Below are positions 9,134-18,333 of a stretch of 64,000 bases of DNA, piece by piece. Under the pieces are notes generated by a model, which saw nothing but the letters and a program-made list of their open reading frames with translations, was not told where the DNA came from and did no database searches. Where the stretch lies: the NCBI GenBank assembly GCA_963724285.1, contig CAVRUD010000018.1:37173-101172 (forward strand), read 5' to 3'. Numbering within the stretch: position 1 is the first letter of the stretch; each line of letters opens with the position of its first letter. Origin of the DNA: an uncultured Chloroflexia bacterium (GTDB lineage: Bacteria > Chloroflexota > Chloroflexia > Thermomicrobiales > UBA6265). Made by a program: the position numbers and the translations under genes.

Positions 9134-9879
9134 GCGGGTTCGGAGGAGGGATCGTCCCGTGTCGTCACCCGGCGGGTGACCCGTCGCGCGGCAACCGGCC
9201 CGGAGCCGTCCGCACCCAGGATCGGGGCGGTCCGAGGGCCGCCAAGGAGCGACGCGGCCGTGATCGACCTGACGGATCTCGAGGGACGCATGATGCTGCA
9301 CGCGGTCCGGATCGCGCGCCCCGACCGGATGGCATGGCCGGGCTCGCGGTTGGCGGCGGGGGCGCGTGCCCGCCCGCCTGTCCGCGCGGCCATGCGGCGG
9401 CGCGCCGGGGTCGCCCTGGTCCGCGTCGGCGCACGGCTCATGGGGGCGCGGGCCGGCATCCAGCTCGGCACGGGCCGGATCGTCCGGCAACCCGGAGCCG
9501 GGAGCACCGGGTTCGTCGCGGACGGGCTGGACCACCCGGTGGCGCTGGGGTTCGGCCCGGACGGGGCGCTCTACCTCACCTACCCCGCCGTCGACCCCGG
9601 CGCGGGCGGGCGGCCGGGCGCCCTCCTCCGGATCGAGTGGCGGCGGGATGACAAAAAGGCGCCCGGCCGTCGCCCACGCCGACGCGGACGGGAATCGGTG
9701 GCCAGCGCAGTTTGGAGGAACAGTGCTCGACCCCCGGTCGTGTGACCGGTGGAGCCGAGCGCGCACGTCAACCCACCCATCACCCGTCCCCAAGAAATAC
9801 GCGGTTCTGCCGATGTGCGATTCCGCTCACCGCCCCAAACTGTTCCTATCGGCCACTCAGCGTGAAGGAGGATCGACCC

Positions 9880-11052
9880 ATGATATCATCGGAGCTTTCC
9901 CGGCGCTCGTTCGTGCTCCGCGGCGGGGCCGCAGTCGGCGGCCTGAGCGTGCTGCGCCTCGTCCGGGCCGGCGCACGCGTTCCAGACCCCGGTCGCGGGG
10001 GAGGTCGTCCCCTGGCTGGACGAGCTGGCGGAGAACCCGGTGCCGGAGGTCATCGTCCAGCAGCTCGACTGGGAAGCCCTCGACGCCGACGCCTGGATCA
10101 CCCCCAACGACGACTTCTTCGTCATCAAGCACTTCGACCAGCCGGACCTCGACGAAGCCGCCTGGAGCCTGGAGGTCAGCGGCCTGGTCGACACGCCCCT
10201 CTCCCTGACGCTGGCCGACCTCCAGGCGCGGGATCGCCAGGAGGTCACCTTCACGATGGAGTGCTCCGGCAACACCGGGCTGCCCTTCTTCAACGGCGGC
10301 ATCGGCAACGCCACCTGGGCCGGGACGCCGCTCGCCGCCATCCTCGAGGAGGCCGGGCGTCCAGGACGACGGCGTCGAGGTCGTCTTCTGGGGGGCCGAC
10401 GCCGGGCCGCAGGTCCGGGGCGAGGTCGAGATCACCGAGCGGTTCGCCCGGAGCATGTCGCTCGCCGACGCGATGGACCCCGACAACCTGCTCGCCTACG
10501 AGATGAACGGGGAGCCGCTGCCGCCGCTGCACGGCTTCCCGGCGCGCCTGATCGCCCCCGGCTGGTACGGCATCGCCAACGTCAAGTGGCTGACCCGGAT
10601 CGAGGTGCGCGACGCCCGCTACCAGGGCCACTTCATGGCCCGCGACTACGTCACCGTCCGCGAGGAGACCCGCGACGGCGAGACGGTCTGGACCTTCACC
10701 TCGGTCGGGCAGGGCCGCCTCAAGTCCGCCCCCGCCAAGGTGACCAAGCAGGGCGGCGACTACCAGATCATGGGCGCCGCCTGGGGCGAGCCCGATCGCC
10801 GGGGTCGAGGTCCGCATCGACGACGGCCCGTGGGAACCGGCGACCCTCACCGAAGGCCAGGGCGAGGACTTCGCCTGGGTCTTCTGGACCTTCGATTGGG
10901 CGCACGCCGAACCCGGCGAGCACACCGTCACCTCGCGGGCGACCGCCGCCGACGGCGAGGTCCAGCCGGCGCCCGACGAAGCGCACCTGGCCGGCAAGAC
11001 GACCTACTGGGAGAGCAACGGCCACATCACCCGCCGCGTCCACATCGCCTGA
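9880..11052 (+). pseudogene. Sulfite-oxidase-like molybdopterin oxidoreductase with Tat signal, three frame disruptions
   Basis: The ATG at 9880 follows GAAGGAGG and opens MISSELSRRSFVLRGGAAVGG (Tat signal). Motifs present include FTMECSGNTG, FPARLIAPGWYGIANVKWLTRIEV and the C-terminal EVRIDDGPWEPATL. The reading frame moves 1 to 2 to 0 to 1, at about 9960, about 10357 and about 10794. Confidence 0.75.
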
Positions 11053-11169
11053 TCGCACGATCGGACCGATCTGTACGCCCTACCGGACGATCGCGCCCGG
11101 CCCGGGCGTCCCACGACCCGTCGCGCCGCCGTCCATCCCGGGGATCCGCACTCGAACAGGAGGCACATC

Positions 11170-11480
11170 ATGCGCGCAACCCGCGACGACCTCCCGATCC
11201 TCTTCGGGGTCGATCCGTCCACGCTCCGCGGCGCCGACTGGGGTGGACGTCGTCGATGTTCATCTCGCTGCCCGCCGGCACCGACCTCGCCCCGCTCCTG
11301 CGGGGGTTGCCGGACCACCTTTGCTCCTGCCCGCACGAGGGCTACATCGTCAAGGGATCGATCCGGGTGACGTATGCCGACCGGGAGGAGGTTCCTGGTC
11401 GAAGAGGACATTGAGTTCGTCGAGTTCAGCCGACCGGCCGACGAGCCCGGTCCTGGACACCGTCAAGCTCCGGACCGGCC
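11170..11480 (+). pseudogene. Cupin-like small protein, decayed (several frame changes, probable internal deletion)
   Basis: MRATRDDLPILFGVDPSTLRGADWGG continues in another frame as MFISLPAGTDLAPLLRGLPDHLCSCPHEGYIVKGSIRVTYADREEV, then as FLVEEDIEFVEFSRPADE, then as PVLDTVKL. The family assignment comes from memory of similar cupin proteins. Confidence 0.4.
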
Positions 11481-11710
11481 CCCGGGGCGGCCTAACACGG
11501 CACGCCCCGCGGCCGGTCCGAAGCGTGGCCGCCGTCGTTCGTGGCCGCAGTGACGCGGCCGCTCGAAATCCCAACGGATGAGACGTCCATCGGGACACCG
11601 GGACGCGAGAGCTAGTGGGGTCACGACAGCGCCCGTCCTCCCGCGCGATGGCGCGTCGGTGACGATCCGGTACAATGCACCCATCGTCGCCCCAGCCCAT
11701 CAGGATCGCC

Positions 11711-14700
11711 ATGGACGGGATCCCAGCACCCGCGGACCGTGCCCCCACGCGGTCCCTACCCCCCCGCTCCCCCGCCCCCGTCCTCGCCGGCCGGGCGCGG
11801 GAGCAAGCCTGCCTGCGCGACGAGCTCGCCGCCGCCGTCGCCGGCCAGGGACGCCTCGTCCTCCTCGGCGGCGAGGCCGGCATCGGCAAGACGACCCTCG
11901 CCCGCGACCTCGTCCGTACGGCGGAGGCGCAGGGCGTCCGCGTCCTCGCCGGCCACTGCTACGACCGCAGCAACGCTCCCCCGTATGGTCCCTGGCGCGA
12001 CGCCTTCGAGCGCATCCCCGCCGGGCAACCGGTGCCCGACCCCCCAGCCGCGCTCGCGGGCGGCGCTCCCGCCCGCGTCACCGACCAGGCCGCTCTCTTC
12101 GCCGACGTCCGCCGCTACCTCGGCGAACTCGCCGCCGCCCACCCACTTCTCATCCTCCTCGAAGACGTCCACTGGGCCGATCCCGCCAGTATCGACCTCC
12201 TCCGCGACATCGCCGTCTCCCTCGACCAGTGGCCCGCCCTCCTCGTCGCCACCTACCGCATCGACGCACTGGCCCCACGCCACCCCTTCTTCCAGCACCT
12301 GGTGGCCCTCGTCCGAGAGGCGGACGGCCTCCGCCTCGATCTCAAAGGTCTCGACATGGGCGCTTTTCACGCCCTGGTCGCCGCGGGCTATCGCCTCTCC
12401 GACCCCGATGCCGCTCGGCTCGTCGCCTACCTGGAGCGCCACGCCGACGGCAACCCCTTCTTCGCCGTCGAGCTCCTCCGCGCCCTCGAGGAGGACGGCC
12501 TCCTCCGCGCCGGCGAAGACCGATCTTCCCTGGGCGAGCTCACCCGCGTCGTCGTCCCCACCCTGCTCAGCCAGGTCATCGACGGCCGCATCGCTCGCCT
12601 CGGCGAAGACACCCGCCTCCCCCTCGCGATCGCCGCCGTCATCGGCCAGGAGGTTCCCCTCGGTCTCTGGGCGGCGCTGGCCGGCCTCGACGAAGACGCC
12701 CTCCTCACGATCGTCGAGCGGGCCGTCGATGCCCACCTGCTCGAAGCCGAGCAGGTCGGCACCCACGTCCGCTTCGTCCACGCTCTCACCCGGGAAGCCC
12801 TCTACGAGGGCCTCCTCCCGCCCCGTCAACGCCTCTGGCATCGCAGGGTCGCTGAGGCGCTCGCGGCGGATCCCGGGGCCGATCCCGACGCGGTCGCCCT
12901 CCACTTCCAGCAAGCCGGCGATCCTCGCGCCTGGGAGTGGTTGGCCGCGGCGGGTGATCGGGCCCAACGCTTGTACGCCTGGCTTACGGCATCCGAGCGG
13001 CTTCGCGCCGCCGCTGCCCTCCTAGAAGGCGTCGAAGGTCAAGAACGGACGCACCGCGAGCTCGTCTTCCGCGTCGGCCACCTCCTGCGCTTCTCTGACC
13101 CCGCCAGCAGCATCCTCCCCCTGGACGAGGCGGAGCGCCTCGCCCGACGCGGCGGCGACGCCGTCTTCGCCGCCCAGGTGCAGCACATCCGCGGAGTCCA
13201 CCTCTGCTACACGGACCAGTTTCGGGCCGGACTGGCCGAGATGCGGAAAGGCCTCGACGCGCTCGCCGCCCGCCCGCCTGATGTCGCACAGACCTACACC
13301 GGGATCCGGCTGTGGTTCGCGAACATAATTTCCACCGCCATCCGCTCCGATCTCGCCGGGGAAGAAGCCGTCGTCGATCGGCTCTACGCGGCCGGGTTCG
13401 ACGCCCGTTCCTGCGTCTATCCCTGGTTCTTGGCCTCGGCCGGAGACCCCGCCGCGGCCGAGATGGCGGAGCGGTTCGTCGCCGCGGTCGGTCCCGCCCC
13501 CGGCCTCGGCGGCTGGGTCCACGCCATCGTCGCCTTCGCCCACCACGGGCTCGGCATCGCCTATGCGACGCTGGGCCGGCCCGACGAGGCACGCCAGGCA
13601 TGGTCCAAGAGCCGCGAGATGTTCCAAGAGGTCGACCACTTCGCCCTGATTGCCTTCACGCTGCTTGGCGAATTGCGAGACGTCGCGATGACCTACGGCG
13701 CGGCCGACCCCGCCAACCGGCGCCGGATCGCGACCGAGGCGGAGGCGACGCTACGCCGCATCGGAGGCGCGCTCCCCCCCGACGTCTCGCCACGCCTGGC
13801 CTGGCTCGGCTGCCTCGTCCTCGACGGGCGGTGGGACGAGGCGGACCAGATCCTGGCCGACCTCCCGGTCCCCGGCAACACCTACCTCCGGCGCGAGATG
13901 TCGACGGCGCTCGCCGTCCTCGCCCGCCACCGCGGCGAGCCGGAGCGGGCCTGGGCCCCGATCCGCTCCCTCCTTCCGGACGGGCCGGCGACCGAGCCCG
14001 GCGACATCATCCACCAGGAGGGCCTCTTCCTCCAACGCCTCGCCGCCGACCTCTGCCTCGACGCGGGCGACCTGCCCACGGCCCGCCATTGGCTCGAGGC
14101 GCACGACCGCTGGCTGGCCTGGAGCGGGAGCGTGCTGGGGCAGGCCGAGGGGCGGCTGGCCTGGGCCCGCTACCACCAGGCTGGCGGCGACGCCGTGCGA
14201 GCGCGCGAAGCGGCAAACGAGGCGCTGGGGCTGGCCGACGACCCGCGGCAGCCGCTGGTCTGGCTGGCGACCCACCGCCTCCTGGGCGAGTTGGACACCG
14301 CCGCCGGCGAGCACGCCGCAGCCGAGACCAACCTGGCGATCGCCCTTGATCTCGCTACCAACGGGGAACTGCCCTTCGAACGGGCGCTGACGCTGCTCGC
14401 GCTGGCGGAGTTGCGCCTGGGGGCGGGAAAGCGGGAGGACGTCGCGGCCCACCTCGGCGACGTCCACCGGATCTGCACGCCGCTCGGCGCGGGGCCGACC
14501 CTCGCCCGGGCCGACGCTCTCGGGACGCAGCTCGCGGCTAAGAAGGTGGCCGAGACCGCCCCGGCGGGCCTGACGCGGCGGGAAGTCGATGTGCTGCGGC
14601 TGCTGGCCCAACACCGCGCCAACGCGGAGATCGCCGAGGCGCTTTTCGTCAGTCCGCGCACGGTGGAGACGCACGTCGAGCACATCCTCGCCAAGCTGGG

Positions 14701-14755
14701 AGTTCGGACCCGCTGGGAGGCGGCCGAAGCCGCCGCTCGCCTCGGCCTGGTCTGA
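11711..14755 (+). CDS. Large ATP-binding LuxR-family regulator (LAL type, TPR-rich)
   Basis: Lies within the uninterrupted ORF 11675..14755, with a likely ATG at 11711. It has a P-loop (GGEAGIGKTT), a long TPR-like region, and the C-terminal HTH LTRREVDVLRLLAQHRANAEIAEALFVSPRTVETHVEHILAKLG. Confidence 0.85.
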   Translation: MDGIPAPADRAPTRSLPPRSPAPVLAGRAREQACLRDELAAAVAGQGRLVLLGGEAGIGKTTLARDLVRTAEAQGVRVLAGHCYDRSNAPPYGPWRDAFERIPAGQPVPDPPAALAGGAPARVTDQAALFADVRRYLGELAAAHPLLILLEDVHWADPASIDLLRDIAVSLDQWPALLVATYRIDALAPRHPFFQHLVALVREADGLRLDLKGLDMGAFHALVAAGYRLSDPDAARLVAYLERHADGNPFFAVELLRALEEDGLLRAGEDRSSLGELTRVVVPTLLSQVIDGRIARLGEDTRLPLAIAAVIGQEVPLGLWAALAGLDEDALLTIVERAVDAHLLEAEQVGTHVRFVHALTREALYEGLLPPRQRLWHRRVAEALAADPGADPDAVALHFQQAGDPRAWEWLAAAGDRAQRLYAWLTASERLRAAAALLEGVEGQERTHRELVFRVGHLLRFSDPASSILPLDEAERLARRGGDAVFAAQVQHIRGVHLCYTDQFRAGLAEMRKGLDALAARPPDVAQTYTGIRLWFANIISTAIRSDLAGEEAVVDRLYAAGFDARSCVYPWFLASAGDPAAAEMAERFVAAVGPAPGLGGWVHAIVAFAHHGLGIAYATLGRPDEARQAWSKSREMFQEVDHFALIAFTLLGELRDVAMTYGAADPANRRRIATEAEATLRRIGGALPPDVSPRLAWLGCLVLDGRWDEADQILADLPVPGNTYLRREMSTALAVLARHRGEPERAWAPIRSLLPDGPATEPGDIIHQEGLFLQRLAADLCLDAGDLPTARHWLEAHDRWLAWSGSVLGQAEGRLAWARYHQAGGDAVRAREAANEALGLADDPRQPLVWLATHRLLGELDTAAGEHAAAETNLAIALDLATNGELPFERALTLLALAELRLGAGKREDVAAHLGDVHRICTPLGAGPTLARADALGTQLAAKKVAETAPAGLTRREVDVLRLLAQHRANAEIAEALFVSPRTVETHVEHILAKLGVRTRWEAAEAAARLGLV

Positions 14756-14815
14756 GCTGGCCGGCGTTCCGTCGGCTCAACGTGCACACGGTCACAGGGA
14801 CGGTCCGCCCGGCCG

Positions 14816-14886
14816 GATCCGTACTTGTGCGCAGGGAGCGGGCGGATTCTCCGTACCCGCATATCCGTACCGGTACGGATGTACGG
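14816..14886. promoter_or_regulatory. Cluster of TCCGTAC motifs including a perfect 18-bp palindrome (candidate operator)
   Basis: ATCCGTACCGGTACGGAT at 14863..14880 is a perfect palindrome. Further copies are atccgtac (14816..14823), tccgtaccc (14849..14857) and gatgtacgg (14878..14886). The cluster lies in the intergenic DNA just after the LAL gene. Confidence 0.4.
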
Positions 14887-14961
14887 TGCGCTCGCGGGGG
14901 GCATGCTGGAGGTGTCCTCAGGAGACGTCGAACCCAGTACCCCCGATCGAAAGGAGCACGC

Positions 14962-15187
14962 CATGGGTCCGCACCCGTACACCGTCTGCCAGCTACAGGA
15001 TCTGCGGAACGCCGAGTTCCACCGCGAAGCCGCCACGTATCGGCTCATCCGGTCGGCGTCCGGCGACGATCAGGCCGCGGCCGGGCCGTCACTGGCCCAC
15101 CGCGTCCGCGCCGCCGTCGGCCCGCTCCTGGCCACCTTTACCCGCCTCTCGTTCTCGTCCCGTCCCAACCGGCCGGCCGCGGCGTGA
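14962..15187 (+). CDS. Small hypothetical protein (uncertain)
   Basis: The ATG at 14962 follows AAAGGAG and opens MGPHPYTVCQLQDLRNAEFHREAATYRLIRSA. The same frame continues past the TGA at 15185 into a hydrophobic segment (see findings). Confidence 0.3.
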
Positions 15188-15514
15188 TCGCGACCATCGC
15201 GGCTCATCCCCGCGTACCAGGCCATCAGGAGGACCCTCGCCATAGACGCCATCGTCGCGGCGCTCGCCATCGTCGTCTTCCTCCTGATCCTCCTCTCCGC
15301 CGCGTTCCTCCTCCTCTTCGGAGGGGAGGGACGCGAGGCGGAGGTAGTCGGCCGGCTCGACCAGTTCGACTGCCGGCCGCACCCCGCGCCGCTCGGCGGG
15401 CCGCGGGTTCATGACAAGCGGATCGCCGCTTGAGCTTGTGTCGCTCAGGCGAATGACCCCGGGACCCAATCGTCGGTGAGCACAGATTCGATCGGATCGA
15501 AAGGAGCGAACCCC

Positions 15515-16919
15515 ATGACCGCGACCATCGAGGCGCCGACAATCGATCAATTGCGAACCGAATTTCGGGGGGAGTTGATCCAGCCCGGCGATCCGGGCTA
15601 CGACGGGGCCCGCGCCGTCTTCAACGCCATGATCGACAGGCGCCCCGCCCTCATCGCCCGCTGCGCCGACGCCGGCGACGTCATCGCCGCCGTCGGCTTC
15701 GCCCGCGACCGCGGCCTCCTCCTCGCGGTCCGCGGCGGCGGCCACAACGGCCCCGGCCTCGGCACCTGCGACGGCGGGCTCGTCGTCGACCTCGCGCCCA
15801 TGACGGGCGTCCGGGTCGACCCCGCCGCCCGGACCGCCCGCGTCGGCGGCGGCTGCACCTGGGGCGACGTCGACCACGCCACCCACGCCTTCGGCCTCGC
15901 CACCCCCAGCGGCATCATCTCCACCACCGGCGTCGGCGGCCTCACCCTCGGCGGCGGCCTCGGCCACCTGACCCGCGCCTGCGGCCTGGCGATCGACAAC
16001 CTCCTCGAAGCCGACGTCGTGCTGGCCGACGGGCGGTTCGTGACGGCCAGCGCGACCGAGCACCCGGACCTCTTCTGGGCCCTGCGCGGCGGCGGCGGCA
16101 ACTTCGGCGTCGTCACCTCGTTCCTCTTCCGGCTCCACCCGGTCGACACCGTCTACGCCGGGCCGATGCTCTGGCCCCTGGAGCGCGCCGCCGACGTCCT
16201 GCGCTGGTACCGGGACTTCCTCCCGGCGGCGCCCGACGAGCTCAACGGCTTCTTCGCCTTCCTGACCGTGCCCCCGGCGGCGCCCTTCCCGGAGCACCTG
16301 CGGGGGCAGACGGTGTGCGGCATCGTCTGGTGCTCCACCGGCCCGCTCGACCAGGCCGAGGCAACCTTCGCGCCGATCCGGCAGCAGTTCGGCCCGCCGC
16401 TCCTGGACTGGGTCGGCCCGATACCGCACCCGGCGCTGCAGGGCATGTTCGACGGGCTGTACCCACCTGGAGACCAGTGGTACTGGAAGGCGGACTTCGT
16501 CGACGAGCTCTCCGACGAGGCGATCGCGCGCCACGTCGAGTTCGGCGCGCACGCTGCCGACCTGGAAGTCGACCATGCACCTCTACCCCGTCGACGGCGC
16601 CGCGGGCCGGGTCGCCCCGGAGGCGACCGCCTGGAACTACCGCAATGCCACGTGGGGCGCGGTGATCGTCGGGGTCAGCCCCGACCCGGCCGACACCCCG
16701 GCGCTGGTCGCCTGGACGCGGGCCTACTGGGAGGCGACGCACCCGTTCTCCGCCGGCGGCGCCTACGTCAACATGATGATGGACGCCGCCGACGAGGGCG
16801 AGGACCGGGTCCGGGCCGCCTACGGCGCCAACTACGACCGGCTCGCCGCCATCAAGGCCACCTACGACCCCACCAACCTCTTCCGCGTCAACCAGAACAT
16901 CGCCCCGGCTGGCGCCTAA
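15515..16919 (+). pseudogene. FAD-binding oxidoreductase (FAD_binding_4 + BBE-like C-terminus), one frame disruption
   Basis: The ATG at 15515 follows AAAGGAG. Motifs present include RGGGHN, GGLTLGGGLGHL and LFWALRGGGGNFGVVT. The frame shifts at about 16548..16553 into MHLYPVDGAAGRV...YGANYDRLAAIKATYDPTNLFRVNQNI. Confidence 0.75.
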
Positions 16920-16945
16920 CTGCAGAGGAGCGTCGCACCATTACG

Positions 16946-16988
16946 CCCCGGTGATCCTGGAGCCCATTGGGTTCCAGGATCACCGGGG
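16946..16988. terminator. Perfect 16-bp stem-loop just after the FAD-oxidoreductase stop
   Basis: The sequence is ccccggtgatcctgga-gcccattgggt-tccaggatcaccgggg. No clear T-tract follows it. Confidence 0.4.
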
Positions 16989-17145
16989 CAGACCCGCTCA
17001 GCGCCGACTTCCCAGTGTCTCTAATGACACCATCGCCCCCACCCTGGCCTCCGCATGAGACGCAAACCCGGCCTGACCGACCTCGCCGACGCCCACGCGC
17101 GCGTTAGTTCCCCGCCCTAACGCCTTCCGCACCAACCACCTGGCC

Positions 17146-17212
17146 CCGGAGAGGCTGTGAGGTTCAGCCTGGGCCAACCCTGGGCCAACCTTGGGCCGTG
17201 CGCCCCGGGCGG
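17146..17212. repeat. Family A palindromic element, partial copy
   Basis: cggagaggctgtgaggttcagcctgggccaaccctgggccaaccttgggccgtgcgccccggg matches the right half of the 47383..47510 copy. Confidence 0.6.
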
Positions 17213-17359
17213 CAGGGGGAACGGCGGCGCTCCAAAAACCCCGCGATCAATTCCGCAACCTCAATCAGTCCCGGGTGGAGCCGCCGACCGGCCGGTTTTG
17301 ATAGGTGCCCTAAGTCATACATGGATCCGGGATTCAACCCCGGATCCGGACGCCCCGTC

Positions 17360-18007
17360 CTAGGGGCTTTCCCGCCGCCCTTTCCACTCCGCCCTCGTGA
17401 TCGCGTACTCGACATCGTCCCCATCGAACAGCGCCGGATCGATCCCGGCAACCTCGTCCATCTCCTCCGGCGGCACCCGGAACGTCCGCACCAGCCGCAT
17501 CCCCACCTTCTCCATCACCCGCCGCGACGCCACGTTTTCCCCGTACGCCGAGGCCACCACGCGCTGCGCCCCCAACTCGGCGAACCCCTTGTCGATCAGG
17601 GCCGCGGACCCCTCAGTGGCGTACCCCTTGCCCCAGGCCGACCGCTTCAGCCGGTAGCCCAGCTCCGGCTGGTCCGGCGGTTCGCCGGAGTGTGGCCGGA
17701 GGTGAAACCACCCCAGGAAGTCTCCGCTGGCCTTCTCGATCGCCGCCCAGAAGCCGTACCCCTCGTACCGCTCGTAGTACGCTAGGTAGGCCGGCAGAAA
17801 ATCCCGCTCGATCTCGTCACGCGGCACTGGCAGCCCCCCGGTCGTGTACCGCATCACCTCGGGATCGCTGTTGAGGTCGCAGAGGTTGTCGACGTCGTCC
17901 AGGGTGAATCGCCGTAGGATCAATCGCTCGGTTTCCAGGAAAATGTGCACCGGGGCAATCCTCTCGCATCCTTTGGATAGCTGGAAAGCTGGATAGATCC
18001 CGATCAT
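17360..18007 (-). CDS. GNAT family N-acetyltransferase (RimJ/RimL-like)
   Basis: TERLILRRFTLDDVDNLCDLNSDPEVMRY...ELGYRLKRSAWGKGYATEGSAALIDKGFAELGAQRVVA...NVASRRVMEKVGM. The start is uncertain (ATG 18007 or GTG 17950). Confidence 0.8.
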   Translation of the reverse strand: MIGIYPAFQLSKGCERIAPVHIFLETERLILRRFTLDDVDNLCDLNSDPEVMRYTTGGLPVPRDEIERDFLPAYLAYYERYEGYGFWAAIEKASGDFLGWFHLRPHSGEPPDQPELGYRLKRSAWGKGYATEGSAALIDKGFAELGAQRVVASAYGENVASRRVMEKVGMRLVRTFRVPPEEMDEVAGIDPALFDGDDVEYAITRAEWKGRRESP

Positions 18008-18035
18008 AGCCCGCGCCGCCGGGCGCGTCTCGGCG

Positions 18036-18234
18036 GGTGTGCCCCATCGTTGTGCATGGTGACCAGGTCGGTCGCCCGTCCGTCGTACGGGAGGGTCCCG
18101 TGTCTCCAACGTGTCCCGATGCCCGACGCAGGAGGGCATACCGGGGTTGCGTGCGCGTCGTTATCGTCCTGCGGACGATGGGAGGGCACGGGACCCTCCC
18201 CTACGACGACGGGCGCAAAACCGTGCGGCGCACC
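18036..18234. repeat. Family C MITE-like element, copy 1
   Basis: About 199 bp, similar along its length to 53204..53392. It starts ggtgtgccccatcgttgtgcatgg and contains the internal inverted repeats gggagggtcccgtg and cacgggaccctccc. Its right end is degenerate (gtgcggcgcacc). Confidence 0.7.
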
Positions 18235-18333
18235 CCGTCTCGGCGCGACGCTGACCCGTCCATTAGACTCAGGAGGTGCCGTTTCGCGCCGCGTCACCAC
18301 GCGATCAACAACCGAGGTCAACCCAGGTCCGCT

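Noticed and set aside
9470-9640. A possible remnant of the C-terminus of a beta-propeller (PQQ/sorbosone-dehydrogenase-like) protein: GFVADGLDHPVALGFGPDGALYLTYPA…GALLRIEW.
   Set aside because: Only about 55 residues are suggestive. There is no start or upstream body, and it is embedded in a spurious 189-aa ORF. This is too weak to annotate.
7355-9793. Very long reverse-strand ORF (812 aa), along with similar ones at 18004..20505, 4465..5682, 15089..16576, 21813..23078 and the N-terminal part of 39369..41213.
   Set aside because: They lie antisense to, or out of frame with, clearly recognisable genes. They have Arg/Gly/Pro-rich low-complexity translations, which is typical of stop-poor shadow frames in GC-rich DNA.
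15185-15187. Selenocysteine or read-through recoding at the in-frame TGA (and of the TAG at 44637..44639).
   Set aside because: No SECIS-like hairpin was recognised immediately downstream, and no sel genes are in the window. A point mutation or chance open frame is more parsimonious.
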